Notes under the pieces: model-generated | What the model saw: the letters and a program-made list of their open reading frames with translations, nothing else | The model's database searches: none | What the model was told of the DNA's origin: nothing | Made by a program: the position numbers and the translations under genes | Shown: positions 25,641-39,459 of the stretch, in pieces | Layout: each line of letters opens with the position of its first letter | How positions within the stretch are numbered: the stretch's first letter is position 1 | Source of the DNA: Botryllus schlosseri | Lineage: Eukaryota | Direction: 5' to 3' | Assembly (NCBI GenBank): GCA_051294905.1 | Contig: CM119371.1 | Location: forward strand, 3,164,001-3,228,000 | Length of the DNA: 64,000 nt

Positions 25641-27039
25641 ATCGGTTGATTTGACCGGGAAAAATAGCCGCAGTATCACAGAAAATTGATATACTTTAAA
25701 AAAATGAATCAAGTACTAATTCAAATGCTTCGAGTCGAGTAGTGAGAGATATTATCAGCTTGTTGCTTCTATAGAATTGATTAACCGATTGGCACTGGCA
25801 GTTTTATCCAAAAATTTTGCTGGACTTTTCAAAACTGAAAAACACGACACCAACGGCATGCGACATGGGATACATCGTTGGACTCAGAATGTCAACGTCT
25901 AACCCATTACACCACGAAACGAGACGAGAGCAGGTCAACCACTCGTGTATATAATCGAGAGAAGACTGGAAAATTTTTCTATAAAAACGGACAAGTTTTG
26001 GTTACTTCCTTATAGAGTCCACTACGAATACCTAGCACTAATTTGTACCTGCTGTACACTGCAACACATATAACATCTTTCGAACAAGGTACGAGTGACC
26101 GATTTTGCTCAACTTATGCAATCGATACTATAGAGCGTTTGACCCTAAACCGCAGTCTGATTCATGCGTCAGAAGGTATTTAATATGAAGTAAAGTCGGC
26201 ATTATATTCTTTCTGGTCATGAAATGTACATATTTGCACTTCCAACATTTTCCATACTGTTATGATAAACATACTCGTGAACATAACGGGGATATTGTCA
26301 GTGGCCATCAAATCTCACAAAACATCATGTTTCAATCATCAGTGACATAATCTCAAAATCTATTCGGGTGGCCTACAAGTTCTAACTACCATTAAGAGTG
26401 TATTGTCTCACAAACTTTTTCAGGCCTCACTGAGTATGATATTATTGGCTGGCACGCTAATTGTACAAGCTACCAGTCTAGTTAGTCACAGGTTAAGTAA
26501 AAACTGGTTTTTTGACTAGTTGAAAAGTGTGTAGTTTTAATTCAGTAGTTCATTAAATAGTTGCCTACATCTAGAAACACGCGTCATCATTTGGCATAAA
26601 TCTTGATGTAAACATGGTGATGTAAACCTCAGAGACCACATCACTACAGAGACTGGCGAAGCCGGGTTGTTTGGGGTTGAAAGCCTTCCCATTATACGTA
26701 GAAACCTTATTTTAGAAGTGACAATTCTGCATCCAATATTACTCATCTGGTTTACGATTCAGTAATTTGTATTATCAGTGCTGCCAATTATCGACAATCG
26801 ACAGTGCATAGCGGCATGCGATCTGGTTGTTAGTTGCAGATCTTTTATGGTCGAAGTTCACGTTACCGATCTCGAACACCCAGCAGTTTGTAAAAGTCTG
26901 TTGGTATATATTATTTTAGGAAGTGGGTAGTGTTTTATCCTCATTGGCCGAATGATTAGGATCAAGTGTTGTAAAAAAAATGAGATCTGAAAATGAAACT
27001 GAAAGCGAGTAAAGTTTATGTCAAAGTCACAAAATGTCC

Positions 27040-27296
27040 GCTTTACTTGAAGCTTTACCTGCTTTCCAACGTAAATCAACTATCGGCTTGGGCATATTGA
27101 TCGTTGCAAAGATCCCAGAACTGTTATTAAAACTCTTCGAAGCTTCTAAAGCGTTCTCATGCTTGGTGAAGTTTATGAATGCGTATCCGAGCGGTCTTCC
27201 GACTCCATCTTTGCTGACAGTCTTCAGATCTCGCATCTCTCGAGAATCCGTGATAACTACGCCGCGTCGATGTTTGAATTGGGACAGGAGAAGCTC
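27040..27296 (-). pseudogene. RBM28: RBM28/NOP4-like RRM4 exon remnant (exon C)
   Basis: ELLLSQF...REMRDLK...GRPLGYAFINFTKHENALEA...NN..IF....PIV resembles RBM28 RRM4 (RVMRDLK..SLGYAFAEF.EHEHAL.AL...NNNP..F....RPIVEF); acceptor AG changed to AT; frameshift after PIV. Confidence 0.85.
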
Positions 27297-27947
27297 ATGA
27301 AAACATTAAAAAATCAGTTTATTGAAGTAGGCCTACTCTTCATAGAGTAAATGCTACAAACAAAATATAGAACAGCGATTCTCTACCTTATCAGCCTGTG
27401 TACTGGTAAATTTCCCAAAATTAAGGTCAACACAGAATGTAATGACGACAACAGCATGCAATTGAAAACCAAGAAACTGAATTTCAATTAAATGAGAAAT
27501 TTGATACTGTCCGTTTGATATCACACCTGTTATACCAGGTCTCATTGAAGATTCTGGAAGAAGGGATAAAACCAACAACTCACTTTTGACCGTTTGGTCT
27601 ATTTTGAAAGAAATGCGACGAAATGCTTACCAGATGTACAATACTGGTAAACATTGCAAAATGGTATTTACGAATTTCGTCAAATTTTGGAAAGTCTTTA
27701 TGACTCATGACTGGTCTCACACGAGTTGTAGGCTTGAAAAAGGTTAAGAACCACTGCTCTAGTCATTTTTGTATACTGACTTGACGATAACACTTCATAA
27801 AACACACACATATTGCAGCACCAAAGTAGTGTCCAGTAATTCTCAGTTTACCGATAGACTTGTGTCATAGCTATGGATCAAAATTGTTTACATGACCGAT
27901 CGAATACTCTCTACTGATGCTACTTTTTCCAGGTTTTTATGCATGAA

Positions 27948-28784
27948 CAGTGGTTCTCAACCTTTACTAACCCGGTGAACCGTTACATTTATCTGAAAGC
28001 ATTTGGAGAGCCCCATATTTCCGTCGAGTCACAAAAAACCTTACACATCTGAATACACCACTTCAGAATACTGGTTCACTATATCAACTGTGCATTACCA
28101 TCAGTGTTGAAGGTAAAAATCCTTTAAACATGATCATCACAGAAAATATAGTACAGTCAATCATTTCGACTTGTGCTGTCCGAGTCGGGTGTGTGTTTTG
28201 ACTTCCGGTGAACCCTGAGACTGGCTCAAAATGACTTGGACAGCTAGATAATTTCGGTTGTCTGATTACACTAATTAGAGGAAAATGTCGGTAATCTAAT
28301 TCTAACATAATTCGTGAAATGTTTCTTTGCTCTAATTCTAATTCTAATTTCTGGTCTTTCCGAAAATGCTACAGGAGAACTGTACCGCGCGAAACGAATC
28401 AAGCATAGTGTGCAGACATCTGTCAGTCTCATGCTGATGAGACTGAGGTCTGATCTGATATGAACTGGACTTCATTCCATGTCCGAGTTTTTGCGGAAGG
28501 AGTAATTATAATACAATCTAATTTGGAACAACTGTGTAACTGTGTGACTTTAGTTCTAGTGTAATTTGGAAAAATACTGTCTAGTTATAATTCGGATTCT
28601 AGTCTAAATTGGAAAAATAACTGTGCAGCTATAACTCTAATTTCAACATAGTTTGTAAAAAAAACTGTACAGCTACCTTTCTAATTCCAAATTTAATATC
28701 TAAAAGCTGAAAATAATCTAGTTGTCCAAGTCTGGCTCATAGAACCCCTGGTGTTATCGTGTGCAGACCGGTTAGGAACCACTG
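27948..28784. mobile_element. Charlie-like MITE (CAGTGGTTCTCAA...GGAACCACTG) with an internal CTAATT-rich repeat
   Basis: Inverted ends of the same type as 59661-59976. Confidence 0.55.
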
Positions 28785-28831
28785 CTCTAAGTTAAATACA
28801 AAGCATGCTCATAGTTGTGATTCTGACATAC

Positions 28832-28998
28832 CTTCAACTTTTTACCGTCCACACTCCTAGGAAGATTGTCAAAACAAAGTGAAGTTGTAAAGAAAAAAAA
28901 CATTAGAAGTGTGTCTGTCTGTTTGGTCCGTTTTGCATTGTTGATCTTTTCACGTTTCTTCCATTCTATTGCGTTAAGACCGTCCGAGGCTTGTGTTC
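28832..28998 (-). pseudogene. RBM28: RBM28-like exon B, copy 1
   Basis: AG/GT-bounded; reads GTQASDGLNAIEWKKREK...LCFDNLPRSVDGKKLK (compare GTKAAEGVS..D..KR...RLCLHNLPKAVDDKQLR); joins exon C in phase 0. Confidence 0.85.
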
Positions 28999-30426
28999 CT
29001 ACACAGAAAACTACTGGTGGTTGCTGTACTCAAGATTGCAATTTACTACAATTGCTAATCGGAGGTGGCTATTTTCGAAGTATATTCTCGATTATAGCAA
29101 AATGATTCATGACACTATCACACAATACAAAGGTAGAATCTTGGAAAAGCATTTTCAATTACCGCGACACAGGGGGCTGTAATTCACTAAAATAAGTGTT
29201 GTAACTAATTAAAAAATACTTTCTACTATTCAAATCCAAATGCAAAAGTAATTTCCGCAGTTTGATCGGACGTAGAAATGGAAGTAGTCATAACATAACC
29301 AATTTAATAATTAGTTCAAGTATGCAAAAACCACAGCACACCAGAACTTCAAGTTGAAACAGAGAAAATGAACTTTCAAAGTAGGTAGATAATAGCGGCA
29401 AAAATTAGCCAAAAATGTTGAGAACCACTGGACGATGTCCAGTATGGTGGTTGTAAAATAACTTATTTTCCGGGGATTCACTGATTAAATTGTTAGGTTG
29501 CGTAAAAAAATGCTTCGCGTCAAATTTGGCTTGATTGCAACCAATGAAAGCTGATGCAGAGTCAATTCAAATTTTTTAATTTATGAAGAAAACTTGAAAA
29601 TAAAGTTTGAAATTTTACTCTCAACCCTATAAAATTGTTAAGTTGCCTAAATGAACGACGTGTTACAATTTTTGCTCGATTCCAACGGGTAAAAGCGAAG
29701 TTATTACAGTTGAAATTTTAAATTTGCAAACATACCATTGACGGCGGGAAAACCCTGAATTACGAATGAAAAAGTCAAATAACTTTGTTTCTACGTCTTG
29801 GACTTGCGTCAAATTTGTTTTTCATCGTTTTCTTAGACAACTCAACAATTTCATGAGGTTTACAGTGAAATTTGAAAAAAACATTGATTCATACCTTTAT
29901 TAAATTTCAATTGTCTCTGCGTCGGCCTCTACTGGTAAGAATTCAGCAAAATTTGGAGTCCAGCGTTTTTTTTTAGACAAATGAACAATTTAATTAGAGG
30001 ATGCCCGGGATCCTAGAAAAAAGTTATTTTTGAACAACCCTAATGTTTAGGCATACGGGAACTATACCGCTTGGATGTTATGATGATTCATATGATACAA
30101 ATGTATCGGAACGTTTCTTTGATAAAATGTGTTATTCCAAAGTATATTATACCGTACCATGCCCCAAAGACCGCATTGCAGGACTGCCAAATATACTACG
30201 ATTTTAAATCTCATATTCAGAAACGGAACAAGTTGTACGCCAGCTCATTAGTTACTGAATGGATTTAGAAATTCGGAAGGAATTTTCCACATTGTGTCAT
30301 GACAGAGTTGATGACCTACTTTCGATTTGGCATGCATCACAATTGACAATACTGCAATTGCTGTACCATTGTGTTTAAAAGTAGCCTACCGTACAACTGG
30401 TTCAAGGCTATGTACATGCAAACCTT

Positions 30427-30812
30427 AAAGCTGTGACCAAGTTACAAGGTTCCGAGTCACAAGTCCAATAAACTGTTAGGCTATAACCTCGACTCAAGTC
30501 AAGTCAAATCATTTCCAATTCACCGCCGAATCAAGACCAACTACACGTCAGGGAGCAATGCGCCGAGTCTGAGTCATTGCGTTGAAACTCGAGTCCGAGT
30601 CCAAGCGATCGTGTTTATTATGCAGTAAGAGTTAAATCAAGTTCAAGTCTTGGGTGATATCTTGGGTCGACTCATGCGCAACGACTCTAGTACAAGTCGC
30701 GTCAATACAGAAATTGTCTCGAGTCGAAGTAAGTCATTTTGCGTTTTTAAGAAAGTAACTTGAGTCAAGTTAAGTTGATTGAAAAATTGTGACTCGAGTC
30801 ATTGCAACCCTG
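30427..30812. mobile_element. GACTCGAGTC-family MITE, degenerate
   Basis: Right end GAGTCATTGCAACCCTG; left end eroded. Confidence 0.65.
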
Positions 30813-31155
30813 CCAAAACCTAAGAAGATTTGTTAAAAATTGTTATTTTTTTACTGTCCTATTTGGAGACAGCTGAGAGTATGAACAAGTTCAGCCCACA
30901 ACAAGGTTGCAATAATTTGAAAATAAATCAAAGAATAAAGTGATTTTAACTGGACTGAATGCCTTACGGTCACTTCAATAGAATCAAAATGACACTAGCA
31001 ACTTTCTGATTACATTGAACTTTCAGATATCCATTTTTAAGTTCCACACGATTGCCTTGAATACATGTTGGTATGATTTCTATTTTTGATGACTGGTCTG
31101 GAGTGCCAGCACCACAACGCTGACAAGATTGAACTGAATATTGGCTACCAAGTAT

Positions 31156-31255
31156 CTTGCCTTGCCATACCTTCCTTGCCGAGGTTCAAATTCCTTTTGT
31201 CATTCATTTCATTCTTTTGCTTCTTCTGTTCACTGATCATTCCGTTCGGTAAGCC
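31156..31255 (-). pseudogene. RBM28: RBM28-like exon A, copy 1
   Basis: ...QKKQKNEMNDKRNLNLGKEG (compare RNLYLAREG); internal deletion; ancestral donor appears mutated. Confidence 0.75.
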
Positions 31256-31819
31256 CTGAAATGGCAGTCAACCGCATGGTTAAAGCCAGACTTGTACAAA
31301 TTCCCAGTCTAGTTAGGTATTTAGTAGTTCTAAATGAGGATTTTGAAAAGTGAGTAATTCTGGTTCTAGTTGTGGATTTTATAGAGTGAGTTCAAGTTGT
31401 GCATCTTAAAAATAATTCAGTCGTAAAACAACCAGAAAGCAGGTGTTATCCTTTGGTGTTTTGTTGTTATATGTTATTGCAGCCCTCGCTAGGTCAGAGT
31501 CATAGCTTCTGACAGTGGCGTATAACCAGGGGTGGGTTTTGTGGGTACAACCGCCTCTCATTTCAAGCTCGAAACACCTGCCTTTAGAAATGCCGGCTCT
31601 ATCTCCAATATTTATCAGCTCATTTGCAATTCAGTAGTTTGATTTATTTATAGTTATTAGCTGTTTCAATTAGGATTGTTAAGGTTGCTGTTTATGGATT
31701 AGTTGAAGATGTGAGTTTTGCAACGTCAATACAAATTTTGTAAATCCAATAGTTTGTACTTAATCCAGATGCAGCACCGCAATAGTGGATCAAAATTAAT
31801 CATGGACGCAACTACATAC

Positions 31820-31928
31820 GTTTTCTACACCATTCAGCGCGTTGATACAAATTGTCCCATCTCAAGAGGTTTTGAATTGGATGCAAGCACATCTGTTGGA
31901 CATTTCCGCTGGCGGATTTGATGGAGAT
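31820..31928 (-). pseudogene. RBM28: RBM28-like RRM3 RNP1 segment (exon Z), copy 1
   Basis: EMSNRCACIQFKTS* (compare EHSKGCAFAQF); GTATGT donor; in-frame stop; upstream boundary uncertain. Confidence 0.65.
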
Positions 31929-32504
31929 CTGGATACAAGATGACAAAAACGTGACAACAACGCATTCAAACACACCAATACATCCACGAGTTGTACAATG
32001 TACATGTACTGATGACTATACAACTGATGGTGAGGGTAATATACAGACACTACAGTAGAAGATCTTGACCTGGGGTCTATATATTCCTTGATGGTGCAGG
32101 CCAACACATATTACCGTAGTTGAAGGGTCATGAAAGGCCAATGTTGAAAAAAGAACAATAAGCTATATTGTCCTTTATAACATCTGTTCTCATTGCAGAC
32201 TGACATATTTATTTTGTTTCATTTTTGACGCTCACAACCGTTCACGAGCAAAAGTGACGAGCATTTATTAATCATCAGGGGCCATCATTAGGAGTGGGAA
32301 GAAGAGATGGATCTTCGTTTGTAGTCATCGGGATACCAAATCCCCATGAAGTGTTTTTACCGAAAATTTTCCTAAAAAAATACAAGCTCTCAAATAATGA
32401 ACAAGGCGGTTATTAGGACCCCAAATTCCCCATTGTATACTAGGAGTTGGTTTACTTACATCAGACGTGGTCATGGTCAGTGACAAAGTATTTCAACTTT
32501 TGGT

Positions 32505-32985
32505 CAGGGTTGTAACCAAGTCACATGGTTCCGAGTCATAAGGCATTCTCACTTTTATAGTTTCGACTCGAGTCAAGTTGATTCATTTTCAATTCACCAC
32601 CGAGTCAAGTCCAAGTCAGCGAGCAGACGGTCGAGTCCGAGTCATGGTAACAGTTTCCAGTTAAAGTCTAGTTTAATCCACTTTTATGACTGTTTGGGGA
32701 TATCGAACGGTTCGCATTTATAATATACTATTTTTTCTCACTTTTAACAGTTTCTGGTCGCATTTTCAAGCACCGCTAACAACAGATGAAGTACCATCAG
32801 TGTGGTTTGGTTACTTTATTATTTTTCGAAATTCCAATGAAATGTCGGTCTTTGCAGCTCGAGTCTCAAGTCATATGACTTGAACTCGAGTCATTTCCGT
32901 ATTTTGAGAAAATGACTTGAGTCAAGTCGAGTCATCAAAAAATCGCGACTGAAATCGAGTCATGACTCGATTCATTACAAGCCTG
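32505..32985. mobile_element. GACTCGAGTC-family hAT MITE
   Basis: TIRs CAGGGTTGTAA / TTACAAGCCTG; TSD CTTTTGGT / ATTTTGGT (7 of 8). Confidence 0.85.
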
Positions 32986-33576
32986 ATTTTGGTAATACTA
33001 AGTATAGCTAGGTTTAGATACTTGCACTACTGACTGACTTCGTGAAGATTTTAGACTGCTTTCACTTGTACCTCACTTTTCATGTAAAACTAGCGTACGT
33101 ACTTACTTCTCAAACTTGATGTTTTGTCAAGCGGAAGATAGTTTGGAGATAAGCTTGCATGATTTTGATGAGCTACATTGGCATGACACGTGGGCGAAAT
33201 ACTCCTGCATCACAAACACCAAATGTATTTTTGAAAATTGCACATAAGCCTATTTGTCGTGTCTTTTGTCATGCTACGTTACTCACGGAGATGCACATGC
33301 AATTCCGAAATTATCCAACTTTGATTACTTGCTAAAAGCATGTAACACGTCCAACAAATTGACTTTTTTAAACTACTACACATGTACTTTTCGTTGAATT
33401 AGGACCAGAAACTGAGGCGAATGGTCTCGATCTACTTAGTAATACTATTGACACAGTTACTGTTCAGAACTACCACATATATATATTACTTCAAATAGTA
33501 GTAACGAGTCCTGTAATTGCTTAAAAATGAACAGAAATACTTCTACTTCAATCGTCAGATAGTGTAAAACTAGAGC

Positions 33577-35100
33577 CCTGTTTGTAATGACTCGACATGA
33601 GTCAGACACGAGTCATCATCACAGATTTGGAATATAAATGACTCAATTCAAGTCACTCGGTCTATTGACTCGAATTGAGTGATTTTCAAATTTTAAGATA
33701 ATGGCCGTGGGTCATTTAAAAAATGGCAAATGGACCGTTTTGTGAATTTATTGAAAAGTTTGAGAACCACTAGGTTACAAGATCATAATTATAATGCGCC
33801 TACGATTCCGCTGTCAATGCCAATTGTGTCTTGAAAAGTATGTCGCGGTATTAAACTCACCTCGTATTAAAATTGAAAATGTCGCCGCTTGAAAGTTGTG
33901 CAAATTGCCTGAATCTGATCGATAAAAAGACCCTTGTCTGTAATGACAAAGAAAAGATACGTCGATTCAAAATAGACTCAAATTCCAACTCAACAGTTAA
34001 CCAATGTGTTGAGAATTTTTGTTACATACAGAAGTAATCATATCGGCAGTGATGTCACAGAATGAAAAACTCTCATATCCGAGATCATTGATTTAGGGAT
34101 AAAACAAAATCTGAACATACCCATATGGTGCCTTTCAGTCTAATAGACATTGATGTTCGTCAGATTACATTTGATCTGTTGAGATTGCCGTACGAATTTC
34201 TTTATGATCCAACTGATGAGCATCGGAGGAATAGTCCTTAAAATAATATGTCATATGATGATCTTCCATAGGCAAGGTCTCTATGAGAAGAGGGAAGACA
34301 TGAAAATTAGACAAGGTCATTTCAATTCCCATACACATGATGTAGGTTAACATGCATAAGGTAAGACATAGTTGTATATTGGAGGATGTGCGATCTGACT
34401 TCCTGCTGACCTTGTTAGCGTACATTAGCACAGTGTATTCGAAGATTCAACACACCATGAACAGCATACATACAACACACAATTTAATGACATACAGTAA
34501 TTTCATATATAGAATGTTACTTAGAAGTATCCACTGAGAGAACAGACTAACGGAATATGTGACTTTTTCATTAAGGAAGACACCGATTCTTCATTTGTAG
34601 GACGAGCTTACACTCATTGAGAACCATGAGATGCAGTTCCTCAATTTTTCAAGATTCATTCCAAGTTGAAGTTTTTCTTGACAGTTAAAGAGAGACATCT
34701 GAAAATAGTAGGTGCATTAAAGATGAATAGCTCTTTGCTGCTCTTATATAAATGTGCTCCGATTAAGAGGAGAACTGACTGCTTTCACATAGCTATGTAA
34801 TGCCTTATTAATACCAATTTGAAGTGGAGAAAAGAAATGATTCACATAATTGGAATATTTTGTCAACTTGACTTGAGTCGAGCAATTTTCTTGAAAAATG
34901 GAAATGGAAAATGACTCGAGTCAACTTGGGAAACTTTATGTGTGGTGTCAACTTGTAGGCCTACTACAGTCATTGCGCAAGTCTCAATGAAGTCATATGA
35001 CTCAAACATTATATGCAACTTGATTGAAGTCTCGTGTATCAGGATCAATACTTGACTCTGCGACTCGAGTCAAGTCATGACTCGATTTATTACAAGCCTG
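33577..35100. mobile_element. Longer GACTCGAGTC-type hAT derivative
   Basis: Left end ...TTGTAATGACTCGAC, right end TTACAAGCCTG, with GAGTC repeats at both ends; interior not recognised. Confidence 0.5.
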
Positions 35101-37145
35101 AATGTAGCCACGGTATTGTCATAAATGATATTGTTACGAAAATCTTGTCTATCCGCGTTTCTGTTGCTCATTATCAGTTACTCAAAAAGATGATTCTTGC
35201 CATTTTAAAAGCTAGTACTGGGAAATTATTACCAAAAGCCTGCGACTCATTCAGTCAATCTATTTGGTAAAACAACTTATACTCAAGTACTCATCAGAAC
35301 TTCTACTTTTGAATATTACTTCAAGTAGTTGTAACAAGTCTCAAATCACCCATAATTGATGAGAAATTAAGGGTTCGGCTTCAGACTTCCTGCCAAGTGT
35401 CGGAGATTTATCTAGGCTCCCCCCTTGTCATATCATCTGTGTAAGCAGTGTCTTATAAAAGCCCAGACGCGGGCCGTGCTACAAGTCGGCAGCTAAAGGA
35501 TAGAAATGAAGAAAATTGGCCTGGTTTTAATGACCATGGTAGTCAACAAACACCATGAACACCACAAACAACAACAGAATTACTTCTACTTCAACCACAA
35601 GATAGGGCAAGGCTAGAGCTAGAGCTAGAAACTGTGTTTACCTGTAGTCATACACATGTTAGGAGTGAAAAGAATGAGTATATCATGGTTTTTACCAGTG
35701 CTGCCAACAACCGGTGTTGGGATGACTCGAGTCAATTTTTTCGTATGACTTGACTTGACTCGGCGTGTCAGAAATGTGGTTTGACTCGTGACTCGGAGAA
35801 AAGGTTACGAGACAATTTCAAGTCATCAAGTAACGGTGTCGAAAAAATCACTGATCTTGCATATATTCAAATTATTCTCGATACGCTGGTGTGACACTTA
35901 AGAGTGGGCAATCACTCAATGATTTAGCATTTTACCGAGCCTCTATTGTTCGATCACAAATAAATCGACTGCAAAAAAGTGATTGTAGCTCGTAAATTAG
36001 TATTAAAGTAATCTAATGGCAAAGTATATATCTCTTTTCTATATAATGCTAATTGTGGTCGGTACCCGCCATCACAAAACCTCTGATATGATTTAAATCG
36101 AATTTTAATGAATTTAATAAGTTTATACTGCTCGTCAGCCATCGGCGCGGACTTAAATTGTATCTCACGGATGTGTTCGTGGCTAGTTCATTGCATCATA
36201 TCAATTTGTTCTCCATTTTGGCTGGTAATTATAGACTGAGGCTACACGGTTATTTAATTAGTTTAACAGTTCTACGCCTGGACAATACGAAGCCTTTTAA
36301 CACGCATATTAAACTATATATTCGTCTCTCGGTTCCAAATAAATGGCAACTTTCTAACAGCTATAAAAATGCAATGATGCAATTATGTACTTCAATAAAT
36401 CAACTTGACTTGAATTATGACTTCACTGGTGACTTGACTTGACTTGACTCGAGTCACCTCCAAAAATCGAGTGACTTGACTTGACTCGAGTCACCTTTAA
36501 AAATAGAATGACTTGACTTGACTCGAGTCCAAATGTGCAATGACTTGAGATGACTTGTGACTCGAAGGTAGTGACTTGATCCCAACACAGCCGACAGCAC
36601 GCCACTATTCGGATCTGAAATTATTGATTTGTCAAAGAAATGCAATTTATAATTTACTCACATTTAACCTCCGCATGTGTCAGTCGGACATTGATGTTTG
36701 TCAGAATCCGACTGATCGGTTGGAGTTATCATGCAAAATTATTTTACGAAAGAAATTCAGATGCACCAGAGGAACAACCTCTCAAATGAGATGTGAAGTA
36801 TGATGATCTTCTGATTGCAATCCACTGTAATAAAATCAGAACTGGTGGTATAAAGTAGATTCAGTATAGATCGAACCACATAGAGAAAGCACAGCACCCG
36901 ACACTATATATGTCTATGAAATGAGAAATGATCAAGTTTTCCTCAGCGTTACTCAAGTAGAAGTAGCGTCATTGTCGTCATTCATTTATATTCAAGTACA
37001 ATCAGGTGTAGCGATTTGCAAGCAACTTTAAAGATAACTGCCAGTTTTGCCTAAAAACTGTTCATGTAAAAGTGTTAGTAGTACAAAATCATAACCACTC
37101 GAGTAATTAGTACTAGTATGCAAAACTTATTTGGGATTTTAGCAT
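34838..37145 (+). repeat. Segmental duplication, copy 1 (copy 2 at 42386-44400)
   Basis: Colinear MITE end + SINE + MITE + unique sequence; ORFs 34863..35048 and 42411..42596 differ at 2 of 61 residues. Confidence 0.9.
35712..36590. mobile_element. CAGTGTTGGGAT-family hAT MITE
   Basis: Ends CGGTGTTGGGAT / ATCCCAACACAG; TSD CCAACAAC / CCGACAGC (7 of 8 in the paralog at 43269-43830). Confidence 0.8.
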
Positions 37146-37429
37146 TATGAAAGAATTAAAAAAAAAAGCAAACCAACTCAGCAGGAGATCGCTTGCTGTT
37201 GTGCAGCGCAGTCGCTAATTGGCAACACGCTTCTGGCTAATTATCAGCGCGTAACACTGATAATACAAATTACAGGGATGACGGCTGAATGTGATGCGCG
37301 ATTAAAGCAAACATGAAGAAAGGTGTGATTTCAAGTTATATTTTGAGGGAGATTTTTTTCAAGGCTTGTTTTTCCCATGCATAACACCGATTTTAGGACA
37401 AAAAAAAACGGCAAAATTTTTCGCATTAC

Positions 37430-37650
37430 TGGAACTACTTAACTTTCATAACTGTAACTAGAACTACTCATTTGCAAGACTAGCAACTATAACTCCAGTA
37501 CTTCTTTTCAAAACTAGTAACTAAAACTAGGCCCTACTTTTTTTTAAAAAAACTAGCCACTGGAACTGGAACTACTTAATTTTCATAACTAGTAACTAGA
37601 ATTACTCATTTTCAAGACTAGCAACTATAACTCCCGTACTTATTTTAAAA
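37430..37650 (+). repeat. Degenerate tandem repeat (AAACTAGTAACTAGAACTACT...)
   Basis: Recurrent unit of roughly 30 bp; second array at about 44660-45005; reverse fragments near 31310, 46055 and 51295. Confidence 0.75.
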
Positions 37651-39345
37651 AACTCGAGCCATTGCGCATGGCTCTAACCAAGTCACATGACTCAAGACCG
37701 GGACAACCAAGACAGACATTTCATTGTAAGTAGTGTGAATAGTGAAGTCACCACATGATTGGTATGTCGTATGTCCGACATGTTACTTGGAAAATACGGC
37801 CAGGAACTGTTGGACTGAGGAAAAGTACGATATTCTATATAACTCAAGCAGAGCTGAAAAAAAGTGGGTTGAATCGGATTGAACTCAAAACTTAACAGTG
37901 AACACAATTACTGTGTTTCCACGCAGAGCTGACGAACGACCAAAAAGCCAAGACGCTTGCATTGTGCATGTCGGTCGTGTTTCCATGACCAGGCCTAGCC
38001 CAACCATGTCTGGGCCGAGCAAGGCTCAAATGTACGTTTTTATCTTACGGTACTTAGGCTTATTCAGTATTAATTTACCCACATCACAAGATTGCTATAA
38101 AATGACACGGTGGAAGGAGCCGATACGACTAGAAGCGACCATTCAATCAAACAACCCACTTTGACCTGGAATATGTAGGTAGGCCTAAATTAAACACATA
38201 AAAATGGTACTTGGAATGAGTTTTGGGGGTCACAAGGCCTTGCAGTTCAAGGTCGAAAGCCCGTCTTTTTGAAATGCCGATTCTATCTCCTATATTACTT
38301 CGCTCATTTGGAATTCGGTAGTCTGTATTACGGTATTATCAGTTGTCAGTTCGCTGTGTTTGAGTTAGTACGGCATCGGATTTTCAAAAGTCAGTGGTTC
38401 TCAAACTGGGCACGTGAAAGCATCAGAATTGGGGGCGCAAAGCTGCGGTCAAATGAAAAATTTTCATGCTCTGTGCGGTTTACTTCCAATTCACAATTAT
38501 TGCTCCGTGTACACTGTACAGGTGCGAATTGCATATGAGAGAATTCTCACATCAACAGTCATAACATGTCAAATCGTCAAAATTGTAGCGTTAAGTCAAA
38601 AAATATCAAAATTGTTTACAAAGTTATAACTTCTTTGCAACCTGCATTTGTGTTTATGTTGCAGATTTTGCAGTGTCGGTGAACTTATCATTGGACATTT
38701 TACCATTTGTAGCCTACTTTATAAGCCTAGCATTGTAGACGGAGCATTGTATGCTCATTGTGAATCATAAACATTCCTTAGAAACAAATGGGTGGACATG
38801 GTATTATGCTCAACGTACCGCAATATCCCAACTGAAGCAAGACATTGCATGGTTCTTATATCAAGAAGCGTTGTGGTCTACTACTGAACATTTTAATTAT
38901 TTCTACCATAGTGCGTGATGTAACTACTGCAATTCTTCATAGGGCCAGATTTCGTTGAAGTAAAGTTTTCTCGTGTAAATATTTGTCAGTTATTGCGGTC
39001 AAATTTGGTAAAATTAGGATTTCGATTTTTTAGGTCAAAATCTTTCGTTGTTTAGGTCACAAATATAACCCTAGTCAAAACCATACATGTCATAAAACTC
39101 TTTTCGTTGGGACTGCCAGCATTCTGATTGCATTTGTAGTATGACGACAAGGGAAGCGCGAAATCTTTCCCTATCAAAATGGGGCGTGTCACAAAAACTT
39201 TGAGAACCGCTGTTCTAGATCTGATTGAAGTTGCAAGTTTTGCGAAGTCAGTACAGATTCTGGAAATCCAGTAGTTTGTTAAAGTCTGGTTACAGCATTG
39301 GAAAAGTGGTTTAAAAGTATAACACACATGAACGAGCCTTCCAAC

Positions 39346-39459
39346 GTTTTTCCTTACCATTCAGAGACTCGATACAATTTGCCACCTTGTCCGAGGCGAG
39401 ATCTTGAATTGGGCGAGACCATGTCCCTTGGACATACCGATGGTGGAATCGAAAGCGAT
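39346..39459 (-). pseudogene. RBM28: RBM28-like exon Z, copy 2
   Basis: TIGMSKGHGLAQFK then, after a frameshift, ANCIESLNG. Confidence 0.7.

Noticed and set aside
25850..25925. tRNA gene on the minus strand (GTGGTGTAATGGGTTAGACG...)
   Set aside because: It has an A-box-like start but no T-loop/B-box or acceptor stem; at most a decayed SINE head.
31975..32130. Fibronectin type III-like fragment (TVEDLDLGSIYSLMVQA) on the + strand
   Set aside because: It is a single short motif among stops with no supporting exons, too weak without a profile search.
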